Assembly (NCBI GenBank): GCA_951406725.2
Contig: OX597815.1
Coordinates: 201,748,001-201,812,000, forward strand
Origin: Octopus vulgaris
Lineage: Eukaryota
Length of the DNA stretch: 64,000 bases
Direction: 5' to 3'
The notes below the pieces were generated by a model. It was not told the origin of the DNA. It searched no databases and saw only the letters and a list, made by a program, of their open reading frames with translations. Every line of letters begins with the position of its first letter. The first letter of the stretch is position 1. Shown one piece after another: positions 13,701-29,704 of the stretch. The translations under genes and the position numbers were made by a program.

Positions 13701-14142
13701 GGATCTTTTCAGTTTGAACGGCAGTGTTTAACATAATTTCTAGGAAACTAAAAAAATTTAAACTCCGTATACTGGTAGATTGTGTTTATAAAACACCTTT
13801 TTCTTTTCGTTTTATTGAGAAAATTCTATACTTTGTAAGATATTTGTTGTTTTTTTTTGTTCAATTTCTGCAATTTCAACCAATCACTGACGTCCATTGA
13901 GGTAAACAACATTACGTGCCGTATGAATATGTCCCTCGTTTCAGAAACAGATTGGGTTTATTTAGATTTGTGAAGAAAAAAAGATACCCTTCCCCCACTC
14001 CTAACCCTAAACCTAACTAGCCCTAACTAACCCTCACCCTAAAATAGATTGAAATGTAATAGATCGATACTAGGGTCATGTTTATGGGTGACAATTTCAT
14101 ATGACACCGCTAGAAAGACTGCCGTTCAAACCGAAAAGATCC
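13701..14142. mobile_element. Non-autonomous DNA transposon (MITE) with 24-bp TIRs and internal telomere-like repeats
   Basis: The left TIR ggatcttttcagtttgaacggcag differs by 1 base from the reverse complement of the right end, ggatcttttcggtttgaacggcag. A degenerate (TAACCC)n run lies at ~14000-14042. The element is inserted in (CA)n. Confidence 0.85.
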
Positions 14143-15396
14143 CACACACACACATATATATAAAGGGAGAAAGAGATATTTTCCTTCCTAACACCATTAG
14201 AACGTTTGACGTCGGTGTTGAATATGCATTCCTTACTATGCCTGGGTCTTTATTTAAAGATAATTCACTCATCTACGCCTAATTGTGATGTAATTTGAGT
14301 GGATTTTATTGATGGTCATTTTATCAATTACACCTACACGAGTTTTCTAAAGCAAGTCTATCAAAATCTTTTAAGCTTCATAATACGTTTAAAGTTGTAT
14401 TCGTTACAATACCTCTCTACTTGAGGTCGTGTATACATGGTGTTAAAAAGACCGCTGTTTGTGTTAGTCCAAATTTTGTTTTCAGGTTCATTCTCCTTAG
14501 CATTTGAACAATATATGAAGAGAGAGGATGTGTCTTTGGCATCATCCATTCTTCTAAGGATATTTTTTTCTGCAGTTCGCTTCTTTATATCTAGACATTT
14601 TTAAAGCTTTTATCCAGGGAATTTTCATAAATTCTGTTATTAACTTTGCCAGCTATTTCATGAATTTTCATATAAATATTGCCGGCTATTTCACTGCAGG
14701 CTATTTTATAAATTGTCTTATTAAAATTCTCCGACTATTTCATTGCAGGCTTCAGGGGTTCTAGGATCCACAGAAGGCGAATGGAAGCACCTACAACGAA
14801 ACTACTGTTATTTCTCGTTTTTCATCCATCGCTTAGTTGATCAGTATTTGACATATAGAGTCATGTTAATATTTGCTATTTTTGAAATTGGCACATAAAT
14901 TTGTTAATGTAGGAGAGAATTTTTGTTCTACGCCAACACTTTGTATATCATAGACAGTTAACTACTGTAGATTTAATTTACGTGTAAATAATTCTTATCT
15001 TGATAATAGCACAGCTTGAGACATATTTGTAAGTCTAAAGTATTCACTGCTTCTCTGGTGCCCTCGATATTCTTTTTGTGATTTATGATTAAGGCAGTTT
15101 TTACGGAGTTTGCTAAATACTTATTACATTCATTAAACTTTGGGGGATCATATGCATACGCACTCGCACGTATATGCATAGCATAATATAAGCTAGTATT
15201 GTATTTATTGATAATTTTGCAATGTGCAAAATTCATATGGATGTAAAATATTGTCTAGTATATAAATAGATTTACATTACCTTGTTTCGAACATCTGGAA
15301 AGTAAAGTTAATGATCGAAGTCGAGTTTTGTGAGAAATTACTTTCTGAGGGAGACTAAGTATACAGTTATGAAAGAGGGGCACATAATATTTGCAA

Positions 15397-15443
<47 letters not shown>

Positions 15444-15474
15444 AAACACCCTGAAACTGAAGTAAACTTACTAA

Positions 15475-15517
<43 letters not shown>

Positions 15518-15855
15518 ACGAGGATTTACTATTTGGAACAGAATATAACAGTAAAACAATGCTGAGGATTATTTATCAATCTATGTGTAACCCATTTCTA
15601 ATAAGGTTACACACTTTTGCCATTCATGTACCGCATGAACTAAACTATACGTCAATGATGATGACTCTTCTGGAGCTGAATTTATTAGACGAGTAAAAAA
15701 GCAACCCACCAACCCTTTTGCTTAAGGCATGTTTGATGAAGCTGAGGCAAGTTTGATTAATTTTTTTAGCCCTTAACATGGTATTTCACAAAATTTGTCC
15801 AACAATCTTTTAACGGTATTATATTTTCTTGAATAACTTAAAATAAAAAATAAAT

Positions 15856-16082
15856 GCGCCCTTTTAAAGCCTAGCCAGGCTCATGGGCCCGGTTTCCCGG
15901 TTTCTATGGCGTATGTGTTCTCCAGGTGGACTGGACGACAGTCCATCGCAGCTGAGCGGACTGGAGCAACGTGATATGAAGTGTTTTGCTCAAGAACACA
16001 ACGCATCGCCCGGTCCAGGAATCGAAACCACAATCTTGCGATCATGATGCTGACATACTGACCACTAAACCACACGCCTCCG
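15856..16082 (-). mobile_element. tRNA-derived SINE (second family)
   Basis: The minus strand has ggaggcgtgtggtttagtgg (A box), ggtttcgattcc (B box) and a central tgtgttcttgagcaaaacacttca motif. Confidence 0.8.
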
Positions 16083-17224
16083 CACTTGAATAACTTACCG
16101 ATTCTATATCCGACAAAATGATAAAAAATATGACTGCATTTTGTTAATTTTGGGTTGGATTAAATACACGAAAATAAGCCCTAATACTCTTTGCAAATCT
16201 ACTTCATATTTCTAATCCTATGATTACTATAGTACTTAAGCCACACGTTAATATTTTCTGTGGTTTGCTAGCTGTTATCACCATCATTTCATTTTCTGTT
16301 GATTACACAGACTACTTTCTAAGGTTTGTACTCTTCTGTCATTTGAAAGTTGATAAACATGAATTTAAGGCTGATAATTTGCTTAAATCTTTGGCTTCAT
16401 TTTTCTAAATTACTTGGAATAATTTATTCCGAAGTTTAGGTTTATTTTCCGATATTGTTATCTAAATGGGTCACCATTTTGTATGTTGGGGAATTTATTC
16501 GCGATACGTTACTTTGGTGAGGTTTCTTATTCGTTGTTTTTTTACAAATTCTTATATATATATATAAGCGAGCCACACGGATTTTATAAGATATTCTTAA
16601 ATGTATGGTTATCTACGGAATTACCTTATCTTGTAAATACCTTGTACTGCGATTGTGACTCGTTAAAATTTATCTTCTGTCATTTAATAAATTGTTAATT
16701 TTTGCAATAGGAGAACATCATACTTTTATTACCGGTACAATGGTACATAATCGGTATTGCGTTCAGCAAAATTCTTAACGGCATTTCTACCGCCTTGTTA
16801 TGTTCCAAGTTCAAATTGATTTTAACATTTGTCCTTTCGGTTGCGATTAATACGATTTTAGCAGTGGGATTGAATCAATTATTTTATTACACTTAAGTCT
16901 CTGACCTCGTATTAAAATGTGGAACACTTAACAATTCTTCGTCCTAAGAATATTTATTTTTCATATATCTATCTCGGACAAATTATTGGTTTAGAATTTT
17001 GACACAAGTTTTTTCAGGCGGGGAAGTAATCGATAAAACCCACCATTGGACATAGCTGCTCCTTATTTTTATCAACTCCGAATGAGTGAAATGCAATTTC
17101 GCCTACGACAAGAATGATATGAAAGTTTGTACGTAAGATTTATAATTTTTTTTGTAATCGCAATTAAGTAATAGATATAAATTATACTCATGGTTTTTAA
17201 AATCTTCGCCATTTCATTCTGAGA

Positions 17225-17336
<112 letters not shown>

Positions 17337-18034
17337 TTAATGTTCAACTGCATAGTGCTTTATTTGTGATAACTTCAATTCCACACTATTTATATTAAAA
17401 GGCTTACTCTTTCGAAATCCATTTCCAATTTTTATATATTGCTCCATTGTATTTTGGGATTTTTAAAGCATCGGTTACATGTAAATATGGTTTGTTTTAC
17501 GGTGGCGGCCTTACAAACAAGTTTCTTAGTTTCTTCTTTTTCTTTGGTTGCAAATCTTATTTGCTGGTTGTGTATGGTACATTGATTTGAAACTTTCTTA
17601 CTCAAATATTCGCGGTCCTCAGTTGATTTTATTTGTTATATGATCTTTCTTTCGTTTTGGTTTAGTTCATGCATGTTATATAGAATCTGTCAATATCTAA
17701 TAATGTATTTTATTGTCACTTAAATTAATTTTCTCAAGTTGGTTACTTTGTTAGCTTTGATTCGGGGATCGTAGTTAGAACAAATTAACGTAACATAGCA
17801 TTGGAATCAACCTAACAAAATTATAAATGTAGACAAAAAAAGAGAGAAACTGGAATGTGTATGAAATAATCAATAAACCGAAAAGTAAGATATAACACCC
17901 GAAGAGCCCCCTGGCATGAAACTTGACATTAGAAATGTTTCAGCCTACATAATATAATACGGGTAAAAAGAACTGGTGTTCTCATCTGCAAACTAACTGG
18001 AACATATGCGTGTGCGCTAAAATATGTACTGACG

Positions 18035-18088
<54 letters not shown>

Positions 18089-18109
18089 TGCTTTTATTTG
18101 TATTGCTTT

Positions 18110-18390
18110 TACGACCTGTTCTTGTCACATTTTTTTCTTTCCTTGCTTTTACCCCTCTACAAAGGAATGTTATTTAATTCATTTGCAGGAAGGACTAGTT
18201 CGACGGGTTGTGTTCTGTCCTTACCTTCGAAACACGCATTGAGTCGAACCAGGGACAACTGATGAAGGGTTATATTCCTTGTATTGTTTGTCTTGTACTC
18301 TGTTTTTTCGTTGTTAAAAAAGTCCGTTTCCGAGTTTGTTTTTATGTTTTCGTTTCTCGTTGAGTTCGTTCATTTGTGGTGTCCTGTACT

Positions 18391-18395
<5 letters not shown>
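18110..18395 (+). repeat. Dispersed repeat related to 52820-53065 (probable PLE terminal repeat), flanked by (TA)n
   Basis: It shares ggaaggact..gttg(t/c)gt..tgtcctt..ggg(a)caactga(t/c)gaagg..tgtcctgtac with the 52820-53065 copy. Confidence 0.65.
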
Positions 18396-18443
<48 letters not shown>

Positions 18444-18878
18444 GCTTTACTGACTATACTTGTATACGACACACTCATTTCAATGGGCTACCATAAAACG
18501 CAATAAAATTATATAACATATATCTCCTCTCGAGAGAGAGAGAAAGAGAGACAGAGAGACAGAGACATATGTATCTGTGCGCTTGTTTGTGTGTGCATCT
18601 GTGTGTATGTGCGTGTTTGAGAGTGTGCGTTTTGTGCCATTGTGTATCTACGTGGGTTTATAAATATTTATTTCTGTATATGCTTATCTACATGGATCAA
18701 AATAGACTTTTGTATGTTCACAAATGTATTTGTGTATACAGAATTACTGTTTACGTGATTAGGTATAATATCAATGCATGCATAGATAAATATAACGTGG
18801 TGTGTCTCTGTATATTTATGCTTTATACGTATGTGTTCGTGCACGGGTGTATATGAGTGCTTGTGTACACACACACAC

Positions 18879-18921
<43 letters not shown>

Positions 18922-19715
18922 AATAGCTTAATTTTACAGAAAAAAATGAAGACAGGTGTATAAACAACAACCAGGTGTATTAGTTTGACACTGGGGAAGG
19001 TAAGGAAGTATTTTGCATTTCGAGCCCACGCTCTTCAATAAAAAGGAGTAAGAGAAAATAAACAGAGAGATAATTAAAAAAACAAACTTGTGTATTGGAT
19101 TTAGCGATCGATCATAGCGACTGTTTGGGAAAACAAATGTTTGACAAGAGAGGTAGAAATTAAGGGAGCTAATAAAGTATTAATGCCCCCAAAACGATGA
19201 CGCGCGCGCGTGTATGTATGTATGTGAGAATATGCAAGTGTGTATGTGTGGAGTGTCGCTAGTGACTTTGACGTATGTAGATGTGTGCATGTATAAGTGT
19301 GTGCCTATGTAAAATGTGTGGTGTGTGCGGAGTTAGGGTGGGGATGGAGGGCGTATGGATGAAGAGTGAAGGTGGGTATGAGGGAAGATAGAGGAAGATG
19401 TCAGAAGAAGAGAGGAGAGGAGAGGTGGGTAGGAGTGAAGAGGGGAAGTAGTGTCTGAGGAAGAGTGGAAGGTGAAGAGAGGAGAGTTTAGCTCATAGGG
19501 CGCAAAGAAGAGAAGAGATATTAATTCTTGTTCATGGTAAGGGCGCGAGTCTGGATGGCCCCTCTGCTAAGACAATGCGAACACAGGTGTTGTAGTGAAT
19601 GTCCGGTAGAGTGGAATTGCACGAGATCGGGGTCTCATTGCCGAGTCTGATGTCTTGGATGTGCAATGTGATCCGGTCGGCCAAGCGGCGTCCCATTTGA
19701 CCGATGTACATGTGT
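18922..19715 (-). mobile_element. 3' end of a Penelope-like element: GIY-YIG C-terminus followed by a terminal repeat with a degenerate hammerhead
   Basis: Minus strand 19712-19490 reads MYIGQMGRRLADRITLHIQDIRLGNETPIS..FHSTGHSLQHL..HEQELISF..LRPYELN. The downstream repeat matches 35897-36085 and 33923-34110. Confidence 0.85.
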
Positions 19716-20257
19716 ATGTGAATCTTTTTCCTGTGTGTGTATATCTCTTTGTGTGTTTGTGTGTTTGTTCATGTGTGTTTGTGTGTATGTGTGTGTGTAT
19801 GTATCTATAAGGTAGAAAATGAATCAATTTAAAAGTACAAATAGAATGTATAAGCATGTTTATCTATATTCACATTCAGGCAATTTATTTTTATATCTTT
19901 AAGGTTTACAAGTGTAAGCTTTGTAAAGTGACATGGCGCAATAAAATCTATGACATTTCTAGTCGTAGCTGAAAAATTTATCCCTTTTATCATAGAGAGT
20001 ATGTGGCTTTCATCTCCATCATATGATGTACTTGTTGATTGGTTGATGATGATCATGTGGTGAGTAGAGGAGAATGTGTTCAGTTCTATCCAACGACCAT
20101 GTCCGAGGCTATACGGCAGCCGAACGAGAGCTTTATGTCGAAGTCTTAGTTTAATAGAACTTTTAGTCTAATAGATTCTCGTTGACGCCCAAAGTCTCCT
20201 CGGAGATATTGTTGCGGAAGAGTGAGTCTGACAAAAGATACCCATATCTGCTCACTG

Positions 20258-20580
20258 TCAAAGAAGCTCCCACGAAAGGCGACGGATCCGTCGTCGTAGC
20301 GAACGAGCAATACGGGGGTACTCGCAACGAAAGGGAGCAGGGTTAATATTCAGGAACCCGAACTCGGAGAGTGCCCATCAGTCGGCGGAAACGCGATGCG
20401 CTTCCCATGCGTCCGTCCTCGAAGCTGGCAGCACGGCGGAGTAGAAGCAAGGCAAAGCAGCGGCAATGCAAACGAGCCCTGAGTCGCTGCCGGGAGCCTT
20501 TTGGATGAGTTCTCTCTTCTAAGTAAAGGACTGCGTCCGTGGAATTGACTCGTCCGGTGATACGAATATGGTGCCGTCTT
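20258..20580 (+). pseudogene. Degenerate 28S (LSU) rRNA fragment around the D7/hidden-break region
   Basis: This GC-rich island contains cgaaagggagcagggttaatattc..gaacccg, gcggcaatgcaaacga..ccgggagcc..gagttctctcttct and ccgtggaattgactcgtccggtgata. These are collinear with conserved metazoan 28S motifs as recalled from memory. Confidence 0.75.
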
Positions 20581-20679
20581 GCCCATTTGATTCCAAGATC
20601 GAAAAGAAAGACGAAGAAAATACAATTCCTTATAATTTGAAATAGGAAGATTTTGGCTTGTCAGAATTTAAAAAGTTTT

Positions 20680-21140
20680 GGTTGTCGGTTGTTCGACCTT
20701 AACCAGTGGAACATGTCCTTTAGTGGCTGACGATAGTGCATCTCTGATCACGAACAGAAGTAGTTGGGGAGCATCATATCCATGTGTTGAAAGGAATTCT
20801 TGGAGGTTTGGATAATTCACTTCTGGAAACATGGGTGTTTCGTTCAACGTCCTTAAACAATTCTTATTCAGCGACCCTTTGAGCGGGATAGATTACTCGA
20901 CCAGAAAAAATTCTAACTGGGCTCCACCTGCAAGGTCATGCACTGTTTATCTTGATATGAGATCACCATGTCGAGCACATTTGGTTGTGATGCATGTTCT
21001 AGGTGTACATTATCAAACGGGTAGTCATGATGGGTATACTGGGCTTCGTATATTTTACCCCTGTGTCAATTTGATGGCATGCCCTACACTCTTACTCAAT
21101 AATAATAATAATAATAATAATAATGATAATAATAATAATG
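20680..21140 (+). mobile_element. Putative retroposed repeat ending in a (TAA)n tail
   Basis: A relatively GC-rich ~410-bp block ends abruptly in (AAT)n at ~21098. It has no recognisable ORF and the family was not identified. Confidence 0.45.
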
Positions 21141-21807
21141 AAAATAACATCAACATCAGCTATTATCATTATTGTTGTTACTATTATTATTTTATTGCTC
21201 TTATTACTATTATAACACTGTATTATTAAAGGCATGTTGTAGATCATGGAATAGTTGAAAACAGTATGGCACAAACATAAGACATAAGAATAATCAGGAT
21301 AGTCATTAAGGGCGTCATGTCTCTTTGAAGAGAAGAATCGATTACATATATCTAGTTTATCTACTGATAACATGTTGCATTGAAATGCTTGTTGAAATAT
21401 TGCGAATAGTGACCTAAAAGGAAAGGTTTATATGTATTTGAACGTTAATGTGTATTTCTACAGCTTTGGTCAATAAAGCACATTTTCACAAGAACGTGTC
21501 CATCTTTAAATAACATAAAACCAAACTATACGTTTGTTGAAGAAAATGCCTGAGTCGGTATTTGAATATATGGAATAATGGACTATAATGAAATCCACCG
21601 CTGAATCATTTGGAATTTGAACCTCTAAATACAAGTGTACGAATTAACCTATATAACAAAATTTTATAAATGACTCTTCATACAGTCTGTGCCAAATCTA
21701 GTCCCTCAATATTACGAAATGTTACAATGCTTTCTAATTTTTCTTTCCTTGAGTAATCAGCTAAATTGTGTGTATATATATATATATATACATACATATA
21801 TATATAT

Positions 21808-21867
<60 letters not shown>

Positions 21868-21986
21868 CACACACACATGTGTTTGTGTATTTGTATATAT
21901 GTATAAAGCACTTAATAGCTTCCTTGGCCAAAAGTAGATGATCGATTTTATTTAGTATGCCATCATATTAATTTATATACTTTCAG

Positions 21987-22060
21987 GCAACACAACTGCC
22001 GATGTTCACTTTCAATGGGAATTATGCCAGTCGGAAATGATTGGAAGTATTTCTTGGCAG
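21987..22060 (+). CDS. Candidate internal coding exon (74 bp, phase 1 to 0: NTTADVHFQWELCQSEMIGSISWQ)
   Basis: It has an acceptor atactttcag|, a donor cag|gtataa and an open, protein-like frame. No family could be assigned with confidence. Confidence 0.35.
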
Positions 22061-22979
22061 GTATAACCTATGTTCGGGGATAGTGATAGGATTACATACA
22101 TATCTGAAAATATAAGCTCGTTATGTATTTAAATCATGATTTCTTTCCAAGTGATACTCTAACTCTATATAATGGAAATGGCCTATCTATCGTATTCTTT
22201 TCTACGACGTTATTATTTCTGTTGGAGGCATTTTGTTTTGTTAAAGGTAATCATAGTATAAATAAGAATAGCAAATCATTTTATTATGATAATGTAATAG
22301 CAACAACAGGAGCTAATGCACTGAACACCGAATTTATAATAATAATAAGGAGGAGGATCAGGAGCAGGAAGAAGAGCAGGAAGAGAATAAGGAGAAGACG
22401 AATTATCTATGTTATTGTACGACAGTTGTGAATAATTGGCGACATTCATGATCTGCAGTGCTCTGCCGGTCTTTGTTACCTTCGGAGGAAGCAGCTCTCT
22501 CAAATAAACAAATTAGAGTAAAATATGTCTGGTAAACTAATACTACCTCAAGAGTTTAGAGTTTGTAGGCGGTGGTTTGGTCTCAGTATATTCCGTGACA
22601 TCGTTACTTACGAGGTGGTTCGAACTTCATGTAGATCATATTAACAGCATATTGACTGTGGGGGTAGTGGAACATGTCACTTCTACAAATTGAAAGACAT
22701 AGGGATGTCGCCCGCAAAGGATCACACATTTTTCGGCGTTCTAGGTCGCGCTGGATCAACGTCTCCAGCTGCCGCAAGGAAACACTGGTGTTAGGTTACA
22801 ACGAAAATACCACGTGGTGGAAACTGGAGAACAGAAAGATTGTTACTGAAATATTCTAAAATACGGATATCTGCTTTGACCACTGTGCAAATCTCGTTGT
22901 CATTTAGTCACCCTTCCCTCGAAATCGGAAACAAATTATTAACCTCAGGATAGACGCCAAATTCTGGTGGCTGAACATA

Positions 22980-23490
22980 TCACAGTTTTTCGAATAATCT
23001 AAATTCATCAAGGCTCTTCACATGGTATTGTTCAAAAGTCTGTCCCTGTGCCTTTTTGCACGTCAAGGCGAAAGCTTGCTTGACAGGAAATTGTTTGCGT
23101 GTAAATGGAATTGGAAATTCTGTTTTTTGAGATATATGTGGTATTCTTGAGATTATCAGAGTTGATCCTGCATAAGGACCAGAAGCAACCACAGCCTCAG
23201 TAACATAATTATATACATTGCTAATGAAGTAGTGCATGCCATCACAATGTCTATTAGTAGCATGTGAATTTCTCAGAAGCATTATGCACCTTGTTTCATC
23301 AGTTTGAGAATGTATGGTGGAAACCCTGAAGGTGAAAGTTTGTTGATGAACTCGTCTGGGTACAGTGTTTCATTATCAACAGTATCTGAGCCTTTGTATA
23401 TTTTTAGCTCACCAGCGATCCTGTTCAAAAGAACGTCATTCACAAATTCTGCTGCTTCATTTATAGCTGGATTGACGTTGAAGTGCTTTT
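22980..23490 (-). mobile_element. Helitron remnant: C-terminal part of a PIF1-family helicase
   Basis: YPDEFINKLSPSGFPPYILKL is followed by MLLRN..HCDG..GPYAG..ISRIP..FPIPFTRKQFPVKQAFALTCKKAQGQTF, matching the PIF1/Helitron motif RRQFPVRLAFAMTINKAQGQT. Confidence 0.85.
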
Positions 23491-23581
23491 ATCGTTTTAC
23501 CACTTGGCAATCACATTATTATTATTATTGTTGTTGTTGTCATTATCATCATCATCATCATCATCATCAGTAGTAGTAGTG

Positions 23582-23626
<45 letters not shown>

Positions 23627-24205
23627 ATCGTTTACTTTTCGAATGTAATTCCGAAGACGTCTGCAACAGATCGCAGTAAGTCAATAAATTCTATTTAATT
23701 TCTATTAATTTTTCTTTGCCAGTTTTATCAAAAATTAATTTCAGGAACGAAAAAACTATAATGAGCTGCAGTAAGAATATCAAACAAACATACGTGAATA
23801 TTTCTAAACCTTACGTAATTTTAATAGAATCTAGAGTAATTTTATATTTATATAATGAGAAAATCACATTTAAAAAAATAATTTCCGGGACGAATTCATT
23901 CTAGAATCCACTGATATATCCAGATATAATTCCATGCGATACATATAAATTTCATGAAAAAAATCCATTAGGTAAAGGAAATTTCTGCAATAGATCAAAT
24001 GAAATATTTTGGAGAAGTCTTGCAATGGACTCAATGACGCCAGGAGTACATGTGTTATATACTCTTCACTAACAGTAGCATACTTTTTTCTCTAAATTTT
24101 CTGCAAGTGAAATAGTCGTAATTAGAGTAAGTTTTATTTTCATATACGTATTGTGATCTGGCGAAGCAAAATTAACATGAATATATCCTCTAAAATAGGA
24201 CAAAG

Positions 24206-24434
24206 TATTGGGTTGTCCGAAAAGTTCGTGCCGATTTATAGTAGCTTGTCTTTCGATTTAACCTCCCAGGCATCTCAATTCTTGGAAGAGGGTAATTTCA
24301 AGTTAAAGGAAAGATGGAGACGCATTGTGCAGCAAAATGGTTCATAGTTGATTGATTAAAAATATAATGGCAATTATTTATTGACATTTTTCTTTCCTTT
24401 AAAGACCAGCACGAACTTTCCGGACAGCCCAATA
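24206..24434 (+). mobile_element. Internally deleted mariner element (MITE) with TA TSDs
   Basis: The TIRs are TA|ttgggttgtccgaaaagttcgtgc...gcacgaactttccggacagcccaa|TA. The interior encodes the mariner C-terminus FLEEGNFKLKERWRRIVQQNGS. Confidence 0.9.
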
Positions 24435-24827
24435 CTTACTACGTTCTTTGGGTAGTAACTTGTTAGTGATGTTAAACTGATTGTATTCATCTTAATCGTT
24501 AACAACTACGCATGTTGAGCTATACTTCCATTCTTCTGATTTGCAGAAACTTATTTTTCATCCTTATAACAACATAACTTACGTTTTGGATAATACCGAA
24601 GCTCCTAACAATGTGTTGGATTTCATTACATATATATTATATACAACCCCAGCTGTTTGCGTTTTGCAATGTCCTCAAAATTCACTTAGAAGTTAAAAGG
24701 CTAAGGTGTCGATTCTTATTATTAAAATATTTAACCGACAGCTTTTGAAAAGGAAAAAGAACCAAAAGTTTGGTCTAGCATTGATATCTACGAATATCAC
24801 TAGTACATGTATTGCCATAAAGATTAC

Positions 24828-28286
<3,459 letters not shown>

Positions 28287-28376
28287 ATATAAATATATAT
28301 ATATTTAAATATATATATATATATACATATATATGTATATCTATCTATCTATCAATCTCTCTCTCTCTCTCTCTCT

Positions 28377-28416
<40 letters not shown>

Positions 28417-28426
28417 GTGTGTGTGT

Positions 28427-28720
28427 GGAGGCCCAATGGCCCAGTGATTAGGGCAGCGGCTAGTGGTCGTAGGATCACGGTTTCGATTCCCAGACTGGGC
28501 GTTGTTAGTGTTTATTGAGCGAAAACACCTAAAAGCTTCACGGCGCTCCGGCAGGGGGTGATGATCTCTGCTGTACACTTTCATCACTCTTTCTCCCACT
28601 CTTTCTTCTGTTGGCCTGCTTGCTTAGCTAGTGGGTTGGCGTCGTTCAAAGCCTAAAACAATGCGAAGGCATTGAGACCAGCGATGCGTAACATCTGATG
28701 GTCTGGTCGATCACGTGATA
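28427..28720 (+). mobile_element. tRNA-derived SINE
   Basis: It has ggaggcccaatggcccagtgattagg (A box) and ggtttcgattcc (B box). Its body is shared with 7374-7852 and 55785-56082. Confidence 0.85.
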
Positions 28721-29244
28721 ATATATATCTATATATACATATATATATATCACACGCACGCCTATACATGCAGAAATGCACATATAGAGGCGCATACCTA
28801 CGCCAACACAGACACACTCGTATGCAACCATGCACTCAGACACATCTTAACTTTATTTTATCTTCAACCAACCAGAACGTGTAAAAATACAAATGAGAAG
28901 CAGCAGCTTACAGACTGCTATATTGAATGCATAAACAAATATATATAAAAGCCAAGCATATATTTTTTTCCTCTGAAGGGATTGTGCCCAGGTCATATGA
29001 ATTTAATATTCAGTTAATTCACTGAGTATTAACTGAAACAGAAGTATGGGTTGATGATTGATTTTTGTTAATATTAAACAACTATTAATTACCCAAACTT
29101 CATTTTCTTTTTCTTCCTTCAAACGAGTATGAAATATTCTTTAGTATATATACTTTTTTTAATGAAAGTAATTCCCCCAAAATATTAAGTATTAAACCAG
29201 TATTTCCTTGGATGAGCCCATCCCTTCATGAGGCTAACACAACC

Positions 29245-29303
<59 letters not shown>

Positions 29304-29304
29304 A

Positions 29305-29458
29305 GACGGGCTTCTTTCAGTTTCCGTCTATCAAATCCACTCACAAGGCATTGGTCGGCCCGAGGCTACAGTAGAAGACACTTGCCCTAGGTGCCACGCA
29401 GTGGGCTGAACCCGGAACCATGTGGTTGGTAAACAAACTACTTACCACACAGCCACTC
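29305..29458 (-). mobile_element. tRNA-derived SINE with a CORE-like central motif
   Basis: Reverse-complement match to 45097-45251. Confidence 0.85.
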
Positions 29459-29471
29459 ATATATAGGTATG

Positions 29472-29527
<56 letters not shown>

Positions 29528-29528
29528 G

Positions 29529-29581
<53 letters not shown>

Positions 29582-29582
29582 G

Positions 29583-29704
<122 letters not shown>

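Noticed and set aside
15648-15692. Hammerhead-like cgtca-atgatga-tgactc..gag-ctgaa..agacg
   Set aside because: It has too many core and stem mismatches to separate from chance. The same applies to similar motifs at ~17897-17925 and ~41603-41632.
18222-18275. Type-II hammerhead arrangement GAAAC..GUC..CUGAUGA
   Set aside because: Stems I and III cannot form convincingly, and the related copy at ~52880 lacks the GAAA/GUC elements.
21987-22060. Resemblance of CQSEMIGSISWQ to an otopetrin segment or an Ig-domain strand
   Set aside because: No matching downstream exon (e.g. PYLFPC.IEYS) was found and the segment is too short to assign.
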